A stretch of 64,000 nucleotides of DNA from the human T2T-CHM13v2.0 reference genome, Homo sapiens: the NCBI RefSeq assembly GCF_009914755.1, contig NC_060928.1. One strand, 5' to 3'. The notes under the pieces are model-generated. The model was not told the origin of the DNA. It saw nothing but the letters and a program-made list of their open reading frames with translations, and made no database searches. The position numbers were made by a program, and so were the translations under genes. Below are positions 29,821 through 44,548 of the stretch, piece by piece. Each line of letters begins with the position of its first letter. Position 1 is the first letter of the stretch.

Positions 29821-31420
29821 GGCTGCAGAAGTCGATCCTCCCCCTCCTCTCTGCCAGATGGGCATTCCCTGTATAGTGCTGAGGGCTGGGCATTGGGCTG
29901 CGAGTTGGCGATCAAGATATCTGGCTTTAAGAAAATCCCAAGAGCTTTCTCAATAGCCTTTCACCTATGGCAAGAGTAGCTAAGAAGCTCCAGACCATTC
30001 TATTAACAGGAGCCTCCGCTCTCCACAGGGCAAGGTATGCTTTGCTCACTGCCAGTGCCGGATGCCAAGGGGTGGCTCAAGAGGGACTTTGGGGGTGGTG
30101 ATGGGAAGGGGATGCCCTGTGTCATCTGCATCAAGCTTCCCCACCTCAAGCAACCCTTGGCAACATAAAATTGAAGTGAAAAGAAAATACTTGCTATGCT
30201 GATTCTTCAAATGCTAATCCCTCCTGTTCCTGGGAGAGTAATGGGGTAGAATCCATTCAAGTGTCTGAGCGAAACCAAGAGAAACTGAGAGACACTTTAG
30301 ATCCCAGACTGGTCTTCTAAAAGGTGTGGGCCCCAAGCCATCCCAACCCCTATGGGGATGCCCTGGACCAGCTTCTGCCCTCTGCAGTGATTCTAATACT
30401 CAGCACAGTACCCAGCATGATAGCAGAAGGGTGAGCACTGGTAGATGAAAAAACAAACTAACCAGTGAATGAATGAAGACAAGAAGGAAGGTAGGAAAGA
30501 AGTGAGTTTGGTTTTGGAACTGCCTTGCGTCGAATGACATTAATAGTGAGCCCCAAGAACAGGCAACTTTATAAGATGGGTGTTACCCTGCCTCCTTATA
30601 CTCCTGGAAGCAAAAGGGTACTACTGTGCAATTAACTCCTTCCTGTCCAGCCTACTGGGGAAGCCAGCAGCCCACTGCAGCAGGGCCATTACACTTACAG
30701 TAGGGGCTCCCCAAAGCCCCCAGACCGGATTTCATTTTGGAATGCATGCTATGGGGTTTTTTTTTCTGCTGCTCTAGCAGCAGCAGTAGCAGCAGATTTA
30801 CTCTCCTAATTATGTTTGGCTTTGGTTAAATTAGTTTGCATTCCCTGAGCACACACTGGTTGGGGGAGGGGGAGCAGGCAGCGGAAAGAGGTGGCCTGAG
30901 AAGATGCCAGGAGGTGGAGAGAATCTACTGGAAGGATGATGCATATGGCAGAGCCATCAGACACCAGGCAGATGCTGGAGAGCTACTCCACAGTGATCCA
31001 CGGACCCAAGTGGGAGAGAGAAAATGGGGTTCTGCCTAAAGTGTCTACTCATTCATTCATTTCCATGACAAATATTTATCAAAGGCCTACGATGAGTCAG
31101 ATGTTGAACTAGGAGATGGAGGAAAATGCAGTGAACCAGACAAACAAGGTTCCCTGACCTCATGAACCTACATTCTAGAAGGAGAGTGAGAGAAGAAACA
31201 AAGAAAGAAGCTCAAACTTTGGATGCTCTGAAACCAATGTAACGAGTAAAGTGAACGGGACCATCTAGAGGAAGTTTGTGATTTAGTTTTTCATTGGCAG
31301 TTGTAGCTGCAAACAACAATAATGAAAATAACACAACTACCATTTGGCCATTTACTCACTGCTTACTATGTTCCAGACACTCACCGAATATTTCATTTAA
31401 TCTTTCTTAAAACCCTATAT

Positions 31421-31730
<310 letters not shown>

Positions 31731-32095
31731 CTATGAGATGGGTGTGGTTATCCCCATTCTATAGACAAGAAAGTCAAGGCTCAGAGAGTTTTAGTTATCT
31801 GCTCAAGGACACACAGTAGGTGACTTTTAATGCCATGTTGTCCCTGTATACCCTTTTGAAAGGTCTACAATGAATAACAGTAGCCAGTGATTAAAGCACC
31901 CACTAAATACCAGACACTGAGTGCTTACAGGAAGGAAGTCTTTCCTGACAGCATTTACTAGTTGCATTTTACAAATCGAGACTCCAAGAGGCTGATGAGT
32001 TTAGCCAGCATGGCAAAACTCTTAAGGCAGGAAGGCAGGATTCAAACTCAGGTCTGCATGCCCTCAAAGTTTTGTTTCTACCCCAGAACATAATA

Positions 32096-32415
32096 CGGTC
32101 ATGCACCATATAAGGACATTTCAGTCAACAACAGACTGCCTATGTGACAGTGGTCCTATAAGGTTCTATTGAAGCAAATATAGAAACCTGATACATGGCA
32201 CTAGATATCAGCAATGCAGCATGAGTAGAGGAAATGATTGATATTCAGTAATAGTGCTGGAACATTTGGTTTTCCATAGGAAAAAAATATATAAATAAAA
32301 ATGTACATACCACCTAGGTTTGTGTACGTACACTCCATGACGTTTGCATAACAACAAGATCACCTAAGGATGCGTTTTTCAGAACGTATCCTTGTCGTTA
32401 AGCAATGCATGACCA
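32096..32415 (+). mobile_element. Tigger3a/MER7A-type (TcMar-Tigger) element
   Basis: TA|cggtcatgcaccatataaggacatttcagtcaac start; end gtcgttaagcaatgcatgacc is the inverted terminus. Confidence 0.82.
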
Positions 32416-33051
32416 TTCAAAGCAGTCTGACGGAGCTAACATATTATTTCCTCGATAACCGGGATGAAAGTGTCAGATGTTTGAAAATCCTGGAGTTACA
32501 GCACAGGAAATGTGAGTCATCTGAGATTTCCAGTTCTTCTTCCAGGTAACCCAGAGTTAAGTTTAATGCTCTTGCAAAAAGTTACTTTCAGGTATGAACC
32601 AGAAAGAAAAAAAAATTGCCTAAAACCCAAAGCAATGTGTGAAACTGTTAAATTGTGGTATCCTGAGTAGAGACTTCAGTAGGCAATCCAGCCAGGACTT
32701 AGGCTGTGTGGATGAGAGCTATACATACAGGCACACCAGGCCCTTTCTTCACACCCTTTTTGCTCAGCAACTTCTATTTTCTAGAAAAGCCCAACTGCCT
32801 GGCTCAGAAAATCTACTTACATAACTACTTGTCATTATCAACTACCAGGTTAGCTTTCTCTACTGATGCCCAAGCCAACATCTCACACTCCTGCAACAGC
32901 TAAGAGCATTTTAGGATTTCCATGACAAAGCCTGTTCTTTGTGCTTTAATGCTTTGCTTAGTTTTCATATTTGTTGTGAACTCAAACCTAAAAGGGGATT
33001 GTCAAATCAGGCTTACAAAACCAAAACAACAACAACAACAACAACAAAAAC

Positions 33052-33457
<406 letters not shown>

Positions 33458-36299
33458 TCAGAACCAATTTAATTTTGAAAGATAGCTAATCAGGTAATTT
33501 GCTGTAGTACCTCTCTTGTTTTTGATTTTGTAAAGGAGGCTGGGAGGCTTGCACGAAGAAACCAGCACTTTATTGAAGATTACGAATTGACCCTTCAGGT
33601 ATCATAAAATGTTTACCTATAATCTCCAGAAACAAGATAACTTCTGTACATTCATTTCAGCAACTTGAGCACTTCAGAGAGCTGTGTGAAATGGTGGTAC
33701 CTATTTACATGGGGAAAGCTTGAAGCTCCAAACATTTTTTTATTATGTGATACTTCCTGATCCCCTTAATGTTTTTAGTGACTTACGTAGATAAACTCTC
33801 AATTTTGAAGGAGAGGAGTTGAACAGTCTCATAATCTTGATTTTGCAGTGTTTTATACTTCCAATACCCTAACATGTACACACTTGATGAGAAACAAAAT
33901 GGGTGTGGATTTGAGGATTTCACATATTGTGAGATCATTAGTGTTAACCTAAGTTTTTTATCCACTAAACTTTGTTGAGCACTTACTGTGTAATAGGAAT
34001 ATGAGCTCTCTATCCTTAGATTCATATTTTAGTCTGGACAACAGGGCGACCCATGAAATGTTACTTTCTGAATACTTATATTCTTACTGTGTGCCAGACT
34101 GTGTTTAAAGTGTTTTACAAATATTCAATCCTCATGACAAGCCTATAAGATAGATACTGATTTGTCTCTTTAATTACCTGTGCTTTAAATTTGATCTGAC
34201 TTCAGTCTCAGCCATGAGATTTTATTTCTCTCACCATGTAATTGTATCACACAGGATAGTTTTTTAAGACCTATTTCACCTTCTAATGTAGATGAAAGTG
34301 TCACAGAGTTGATACCTGTTGCTGTCTGCTAAGTCCTCCTCTCCACAACCAATTATCTAACTGCTCCTTCTGAGCAACTTCTCTTCCTTTTCGAAAGATG
34401 CATCATGGTTATGGGGAGAGCAAAGAGCCCATAGACATTACCCTGCCAATCTGGACAGATAAATGTGAAAAGCTGCCATTCCTCCCAGTTATCCATGTCC
34501 CTGGCCTCTCCTCGGCTCCTGTCTGCAGTTAAACAGTCCTTTTTGCTCAGTGACTTACAGGCAGGAATTATGAAAATTCTTACAGGAAGCTTTAACAAGA
34601 GGAAGGAGGAAGGAACATCATGATACATTTTATAAAGGCACTTTTCAAAATGTTTTCAGCATACTGTTGTAGAAATAAACATCAATTTGGGGGTTCAAAT
34701 CCCAGCTCTGCTCCATTCTTGCTGTGTGATGTTGAGCAAGTTCAACAATCCCAAGCCCTCTTCAAACCCAAAAGAAAAGGAGCAGGGCCCCAAAGAAATG
34801 GACCCCCTTGGTTGGAGTATATTGTACAGGATTTCAGGTTATATAAGTAGAGGTTGAAGGTGGCTATTTTCTTTGTACAGCTTAAACGTTTGATTTTCCA
34901 AATCAGGAAACTTCATTTCTAAGTGTGCTAAATAGAATCTATAGGCTTCCTTCAGCTGACAAAAGGGAAGCAGCTGAAAATTGGTATACGCGTTGCCTTT
35001 AATTCAAGCTTTTGTGCCCTTTTTTTGGTCCTTATCGTTTAGGAGATTATATGCAGCTCCTGACCCCCAGGGAGAGAACAGCATCAAAGCACCCTCTAAC
35101 CAGGGCAGAATGAGGCTGGTGACCTGAATTTTCTGGCTTCTGTGGGTTTATGTCTAATCTCCAGTGTTCCTTCAGGTGGTATTTTGTGCTTAATTATACT
35201 TAAAGGTTTGGAGGGTTCCATAGGTGGAATTCCATCTGAAGCCCAAACCGTCAAACCATCAGCTCCCAGGTTGCCATTTGAAGCTTCTTATTTTTAATCG
35301 TGCAGGTCTTTACCCAAGATGTGTTTTTTCTCATGTTAAAGGGTTTTTGTCTTTTAAGCAGCCATTTATACATACAAAAAGCAGTGTTTTGTTCAGGAAT
35401 AAAATCACCTGAATAAATCTAAATCTGTCATGTAAATATTTCACCAATTATTACTAAGGGCTTTTTAATGATTCCTCTTTGTAACCTCTCCCTGCAGTCT
35501 AAGTCACTCCACTGGGGTAGGAAATATAAAACCCAAAATGTATTTGGAGCACAGCTGTATAGAACATCAATCTGAACCATGATGTGGTAAGAACCATAAG
35601 TGAACATGAAAGTTAAGAGGGACCAGAATGTAATGAGACAGGCAGGCTCTATCCCCATTTTACAGATATTGAAACTGAGGCCTTGGAAAACTACATGGGG
35701 TTATTGGTGCAATTAAAGCACTTATCTGGGACCTGCAGCTCCTTTCCTACCCCTCTCGGTAATGTCTTAGATTTACCAGCTAAAGGTCATTAAGCCATAC
35801 TGCCTCTTTCAGTTAGTATTACATATTCAAAATCTGTTTGCATCCTTCCAGGGGAAGGGCCGTGCCCAAAGGGGACAGCACTGCTCTCTCTTATCAAAAC
35901 AGGGCCTTCTTGGAGCTTACTAACGACCTTAAAGCCCACAACAAGCAGCTCAAATATATGGGTTAGGCAGCATGGGGCTGACACCCTGGGGCAGAGCTGA
36001 GATGATTTGGTTTACACCCCCTAAAATGCCAGGCTATATTCTATATCCTGAAGGTGCCTTAGTTGACAGGAGGTGGAAGTCAGGGGGTATCTTGGCTAAG
36101 GGAACAGGTGGCTAAAAGAAACCATGTAATGATATTAGGATGACCACCTCAAGATGACTGCAGCTCCTCCTCAGCTATCACTGTACCTTCAATCTGTGCA
36201 ACAGATCTCTATGAAAAATGCACGTCTCATCTTCTTATACCTTCCCTGTCCTTGCTTTCATGATGCAGGCCAAGGGTTCTGAGTTCCAGAGTGGATGAC

Positions 36300-36497
36300 C
36301 TAGGCTGGAGCTCTGGCTTTGTTATTGAGCTGTGTGACTTTGGGTCTGTTACTCACCTTCTCTGTACCTCAATCTCTTCATTTTTCAAATGTAAATAATA
36401 GAAGTATTTATCCCATGGGGTTAATAGCATCAATAATAAATTGATACATTTAAAGAGCATAACACACTAAATATTCAATGATGTTACCTATTATTAG
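36300..36497 (+). mobile_element. MIR SINE
   Basis: gctgtgtgactttgggtctgttactcaccttctctgtacctcaatctcttcat. Confidence 0.7.
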
Positions 36498-36819
36498 GTT
36501 GATGCTTATGAACACTCAACCATTTGTTGTTTACATAAATGACAATTTTGGATGGGGTTCAACCTATTATTAAAGTTCTCAGCCTTACTGAAGCTTCATC
36601 TTTCCTTTTTGATTTAACTTAAGCATCACCTGCTCCTGGAAGCCTTTCCTGATGTTCAGTCTGAGTTCATTCCCACATACAATCATGTGTTCATTTACTC
36701 AACCTGACAGTATTGAGCACTCATGGCCACGTGCCAGGCAGTGGAAATTAAACAGTGAGCGAAAATCCAGGCAGGAAAGACACAACCTAGTAGACAATCA
36801 ATAGAATCAGTGCCTCTCT

Positions 36820-36838
36820 AGGCCAGTAGAGGGCGCTA
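36820..36838 (+). promoter_or_regulatory. CTCF binding motif (forward on +)
   Basis: AGGCCAGTAGAGGGCGCTA fits the core CCASYAGRKGGCRS with no mismatch; CAGTGCC upstream module lies 6 nt before GGCC. Confidence 0.7.
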
Positions 36839-37762
36839 GGAGCGGGGAAGACATGCTTGAAAATAGGATCTCGATGGAGAGCCTGAGTTGAGGACAGGGA
36901 AATCTTCCCGGAGCACATAACCTTTACCCAAGACTGGCAGAAAGAGTAGGAATTGGTCAGATGAAGAGGAGAAGATTCTTCCAGAAACACCTGGACCTTG
37001 CTGTGAAGAGAGAGCCTGGGGAAGAGAAGCATGTCAGATGTGGCTGCAGAAAGAGAGCCTGTGGTGGAGACGGCAGTTAAAGAGTCCATATTACAGAGAC
37101 CCAATCATAAAAGGCCTTGTAAGTCACCAAAAGAAATCTGGGCACAATCTAAGGATGCGCTCACTGCCAGGAACGTGCAAGTGCAAGGTTGCATCTGAGC
37201 AAGCCCTTCCTAACATTTGTCCTGAGGTGTCTTGCTGGTCTCCCTCTAGTCCTAGTCCTGCTGGGCTTTATCTTGAGGTCAACAGGAAACCCTTGAAGGG
37301 TTTCCAAAGGAGAGAGATACTTCCTTAACAGCATTTGAGGTGGTTCACTCTAGCTCACCTTGGGTAATGCACCAGAGAGAGGAAAGAGGAAGGCAGAAAG
37401 ACAGGCAGTTATTCAGGCATGAACAATACCATGAATGGAGGCCTTTATCTCCAGCAAATCACTTATGACACTGATCTGTAATTTGTTTGTCTTTCACTAG
37501 ACTCCGAATCCCTTGAGAATGAGGACTCAGGAGTCTCCCCCACCACCTTAACCTGTAGGACCAGTACATAATAGATAGTCGCTAAACGGTACCTATTATA
37601 ATTGTAGCTACTGTTACTAATACTTTCTATTGTTAAAATTGAGATAGACAAATGCTATTGCTATAGTCCCACTTAGCAAATTGGATCCCATGGAATATTA
37701 ACCTTCTGAGGTGTGTTAACCAATGTTTGGGGTACTGAGAGGGAAGGAGGTCCCCGAAGTCA

Positions 37763-38090
<328 letters not shown>

Positions 38091-38104
38091 AAACATTAAA
38101 TGGC

Positions 38105-39285
38105 ATTAGTATACACACATATGTTTCTAAACTCTCACTGCTGAGAGAGTCTGAAAGCAACAACACCTCAGTAGCAATGAGTGACCAAAAGTGGAAAAAT
38201 TTGAATAACAAGATAAATAACATAGTACTGGATTATAACTCAATGTACAATACTGACATCCATGAATCCATGCTGATATACATACATGGTTGAATAAATA
38301 AATGGAAGAGATGAGACACATTTCCCATGCAGAAGAATCACAAGTGATTTATGTAGACACCCCCCTTGCAAGGAGATGGAGCCTCCCTACCCCTTAAGCT
38401 TGGGCTTGGGCTTAGTGACTTCCTTCCAAAGAGTATGGTAAGGAAACATGAAAAAAGAGTAATCATGTGGTGGAGAAACCTGACAAATACTAAGTCAGCC
38501 AGGTGATCAAGCTTAACATCGTCACTAATAAGCCATGTTGGTAACATGTGCCTTTCATAGGATGTGATGAGAATGGCACTGTACTTTGGTAGTCTTTGTC
38601 CCCAAAACCCATCACCCCTGTCTAATCATGAGAAGAACAGCAGACACGCCCAAAGGGAGGGACATTCTGCCAAATACCTAACCAGCACTTCTTAAAACAT
38701 TCATGGTTAACAAACATAAGAAAAGTCTGAGAAATTGTTCCAAGCAAAAAGACCCTATAGAGACATGATGACCAAATGCAACGTGGTATTGTGCAGGGAA
38801 GCCTGAAAATATTATGAAAAAACTGAAGAAATCTGAATAAAGTGTGGAGTTTAGCTAATAATACAGTGGTTCCTTGGTATATGCAGAGAATTGGTTTCAG
38901 GACCCCTGCATTGACCAAAATCCTCAAGTCCTGCAGTCAACCCTGAGGAACCACATAGACGAAAAGGTCAGCCCGCCCTGTATGAGGGCTTTTCATCTCA
39001 CACATGCGTATTTTTGATCCGCCTTTGGCTGAAAAAAATGCAGGTGTAAGTAAACCCATGCAGTTCAAACCCATTGTTCAAGGGTCAACTGTAATGTATT
39101 AATATTGGTTCATTAGTTTTGACAAACTAAGGATCATACTAAGATCAGACTAAGATCATACTAACGTAAGATCTTGACAGCTGGGGAAAATGGGCACAGC
39201 ATACATGAGAATTCTCTCTACCGTCATTGCAATTCTTATGTAAATCTAAAAGCATTCTAAAGTAAAAAGTCTACTTAAAAAAAAT
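38105..39285 (+). mobile_element. L1MC/L1MD-type 3' UTR fragment, interrupted by MER8
   Basis: gtgacttccttccaaagagta...ggagaaacctgacaaa...ccccaaaacccat...tctaatcatgagaa...tgtaaatctaaa, then an A-rich end. Confidence 0.78.
38864..39091 (+). mobile_element. MER8 (TcMar-Tigger MITE)
   Basis: TA|cagtggttccttggtat...gttcaagggtcaactg|TA: terminal inverted repeats and TA duplication. Confidence 0.88.
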
Positions 39286-39524
39286 AAATGATGTCTTTAC
39301 TATCTGACTTCTCAAATGCTTTAATATGCTGAGACATTTTGAGTATTCCCAAATTAATATGACTAAAGAACTGAATAGCTGTTACATTCTCGGGTCCTAG
39401 GGTTCTCTAGAATAGTTAGGAATGATAATAATAATAGCTAACATTTATTAGAGAGGCTCTGAGCTTCGTGGTTAATAACTTTATCCCGTGAGCCAGACTC
39501 CCTGCTCACCTATGACCATCACTA

Positions 39525-39868
<344 letters not shown>

Positions 39869-40487
39869 TTATTTAATTGTGCTTTGGTTTCCTTAGCTGA
39901 AAAATGGGATTAATGATGCCACTTAGTTCACAGGGTTATTGTGAGAATTCAATGTGTTTATATAAATGAATATTCCTCAATCTATATGACCCTCAAAATG
40001 ACTTTTTGAGGGCTTTCCATGTGTCCTTTCTCTGCATTGTGAATATTATTATATGAAGTAGTTCCCAGCTATCATGTTATAGGGAAAGAAGTGAGTTCAA
40101 GTAACTTGCTCCAGGTCACACAACTGGATAACTATGGGATCAAGTCCATCTTGGAGGAAGCCTAAAGCTGAGGACATGACTTAGGATCTTGGAAAGCAGC
40201 AATAGGACCCTGAGAATCCAGGAGAGAGAAGACTTTCCAAGAAATAAGAGAAAAAATAAATGCATGGAAACACACCAACAAAATCAATTGTTATCTACTT
40301 TGTAATTTGAGAAGCACCTTCCTGGCTAGTGACTGCCACCTCCCAGAAAGTCTTGGTAGACAGGCCACCTGTGCTAAAGCTGAAAATGCCCCCCACCTCC
40401 CTCTTCCCTCACACATCTCCTAAAGGCCAGTAACCAGTGGAACATTCTCTACTTGGCCTTCTCTGTAAGAACAGAATCTGCCCCTGA

Positions 40488-40942
<455 letters not shown>

Positions 40943-41543
40943 CGTGACTGGGGTTTTCATCTGTCAGCCATCTACGCAGTTAAGAAAAAAAAGAACATGC
41001 AAAGCTCTCCAACATGAATGATGCAATCCTGTAAAAGTCTGGAGGATCTAGAAAGAAGTCTCCCCAACTCACAATGTGCTGTGAACTCCCAAACACTGAA
41101 CATGGTGCCTGAGGCACCTGCTGGCCTCAAACAGACACATAGTAGGTAACCCACTTAGAGATGGAACTATTTTCTAGGGCCAGAGGAGTCACTCACGGGA
41201 TATAAGCTCCATGCCCAGTTTCCTCTGCCAGTGACAAATACTTGTCAGAGCCTATCACCTGCAAACATTGAATAGGAAGAAGGAAAGGATTCTCTCCACG
41301 GGCTCTTGCCCCATCCTTTCCTTTCCTTCAGGAACTTAGGTTCCTGCCAACCTGTAATCTGTGCCCCAGTTTTGTATTGAATTTGATTTCTCCCCTCACA
41401 TGTATAGAGGATTTATGATTGAACAAGAACAAAGGCAAAAGCATGGGAAATGCAGTCTCAGGGTTCCTGAGTCTTCTCGAATTGACCTTTCTGGATTCTT
41501 GTAATACACAGCTACACCTTTTGCTTAACACTTGGCATATAGT

Positions 41544-41740
41544 TAGGGTTTACCAGATGAAATACAGGATGCTCAGTTAAATTGGAATTTCAGAAAAAAA
41601 CTTATAATACTTTTCCAGTATAAGTATGTCCGATGCAATATTTTTGACATACTTATACTAAAAAAAGTATTTGATATTTATCTGAAATTCCAATTTCCCC
41701 AGGCATCTCATGTTTTTATTTGGGAAACCTGGCAACCCTA
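41544..41740. mobile_element. MER53 palindromic hAT MITE
   Basis: TAGGGTTTACCAG...CTGGCAACCCTA termini, internal palindrome, perfect 8-bp TSD CATATAGT (41536-41543, 41741-41748). Confidence 0.9.
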
Positions 41741-42443
41741 CATATAGTGTAAGTTATTTTTTCAATAGTTATTTTTTGCTTTGTTCAAATGGTATTATAT
41801 ACCGAGGCCCAGTATATGAGTAGATAAAAAGGAAAAGACTGAGGTCCGGGACGGGAAAGCTCAAACGAGAGTGGCGGAGCTGGGAAACAAATATAGATTT
41901 CCAGAACCCTAGACACATATTTCTTTACCTTACTGTCAGGAAAAAAAAAATGTGAAAAGCTTTCAAATGGGCAAAAAAGATTCAAGGGTGTCCTGTCCAT
42001 CTGGGTTATCTCCACCATATGTTGTCTTTGAGCTATTCAGCAACTCCATAAAACTGATAATAATGTAAATAATTCTTGTGTGTAGACATGCATTATTTGT
42101 ATCGAGTTGATTATTGCCCTGTGAACAGACCAGTCTCTGCATCTGTTTATAAACCTATTTCACCATTCTTTTAGTGCATATAAACTTAGGGTCCTTGGAA
42201 TTCTCCTTTCAATTGCTTGTAACATCTTACCAGTTCTTTCATTAGTTACTGGGTTAAAAAATATTTGACATGTGTTCATTTTAGAAGATTTGTTAATTTA
42301 CCTTTTATAAACAATCATCCGTTGACAGTTTGTCATTTTTCTCTGCACAGTGACCCTGAAAGGAAGTCAAAGATGAAGACTGTGCCTAAGTGGTTGTGGG
42401 GTGATAGGGAGTCATATAAAATGAACTGGATAGAGAGGAATAG

Positions 42444-42763
<320 letters not shown>

Positions 42764-44439
42764 GGAAGACATTTCTAAAACATAAATCTGATCTTCTCAC
42801 TCCCCATGGGACACTGTCCCCATACTTCGGATGCATGACCCTGAGGATGAAGTCAAAGCTCCCCATCTTGGTTGGCAAGCTTGCCTTGGGCAGTGCTGTT
42901 TTACCACCAGGTCTTTGGCATTTCAGGAACTTTCCCACCCCCTCAGAATGGGGCTCCCTCCAACCCGTCTTCAGTTCTGTTTGGTTTAGATGGAAGCCCA
43001 TCCTGTAAGCTCTTAAGCCCCTGGGCTTCATGAACCACAGCACTTTTCTCATTGTGTTGCAATTATTGTTTAATTGTCTGTAGACATTAGACTGCACGTC
43101 GTTAGGATAGGGATCGAAATTTGCTTTAGTTTATTTACTTATGCATTTCCACCTCCATCAGAGGGTGTGGTACACAGTGAGACTCAAAAAAAACTTGCTG
43201 AATGAATAAATGAAACTGGAAGTATAATAGGACCACTTATACCCAGAGGAGAAGGAAATTGAAGGGATAAGAAATACGGGAAAGAGGGCAAGCAGACTCA
43301 TACTGTAGACATTTTCTTAGGAAAACACTTTGGGGAACAAGTCACTGAGTCACCCATCTCCCCCAAGTACTGATTCACTATCATCCAATGATTTCCTTTC
43401 GTTTAACCACACAGACTTAATGATTACATTATTCAATAGTGCAACATAATAATGTTCATCACTCTTCCTATGAAATCGAATTATAAAATTGAACAGATCT
43501 ACCAAAAATTTCAGTGTTTTATAGTCTTTCCAAAAATAATAGACAATCTTTATTTAAAAGGAAGAAAGAATAAATATATGCTTGACCCCCACCCACCCAT
43601 ACCTGGAGAAAAGCCAATGAGTTTGGAAAAGGTGCTTTCAGGAAAGAGGCAAACTAGTGAATCATTTTTGAATGGACTGTCCCATCTCTACCTTTAGTTA
43701 TCATTTGAAAACACCCATGGAATTCCAGAATCCTCTAACTCCTGAGGATTCCCCAAAGGACAACCTGAGTTTTAGCTCTCTCTTTCCAAAGTGTGCTTAC
43801 TCTGGAGGCTGTGGTTTCCATTTGTCAAAGTTATTCACTTGATAGCCTTGCACAGGTGAATTAGCGAAATAATGTGTAGGGAAGGGCTCCAAGTGTCAGT
43901 AAGCATTAGCCCCACCCATCCCCATCACCAACTGCCCCATCTCCACAGTGAGTGGACGCCCATCCTCTTTGTGGTGAAAGTGAACTGAGACAAATGTCTG
44001 CAGGCTCCATCCCTCCTAGACTCTTCTAACAAGACCCACCCCGCCTCAGGGGCAGCAGTCACTGCTGATTGTCTATTGCTTCTTTGTTGTTCACCAGCTA
44101 TTATTTCCTTTCCCTGTTCCTCATATGAATGAACAAAATCTGCCAGCAAAAGCAATCCCAGAAAAAGAGGCCAAACAAGCAGCCTGGAGTGAGGATGTGG
44201 GTGTGTTCCTTCCTGGGGAAGAACTCCTATGGATGGCGCTGGGGTGTATGTCCCATCAGAACTTCTTGCTAGAGAGCTGCATCTCATTGCTGACTCTCAT
44301 GTTCACCTTTCAGGAAACAAGTTAGGTCTGTTTGAAGAGACACAAAAGGGATTAAAAGAAACACTAGAAGAGAACCAGAGCTAAATGCTAAGTGCTTGAT
44401 GTGGATTCTCTTATTTACTCCTCCACAGGCCTATGTGAC

Positions 44440-44548
44440 TGATATGGTTTGACTGTGTCCCCACCCAAATCTTATCTTGAATTTTAGCTCCCATAATTCC
44501 CACGTGTTGTGGGAGGGACCCAGTGGGAGATAATTGAATCATGGGGGC
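44440..44548 (+). mobile_element. Truncated THE1 LTR (first ~110 bp)
   Basis: tgatatggtttgactgtgtccccacccaaatcttatcttgaa...gaatcatgggggc, then similarity stops. Confidence 0.85.
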
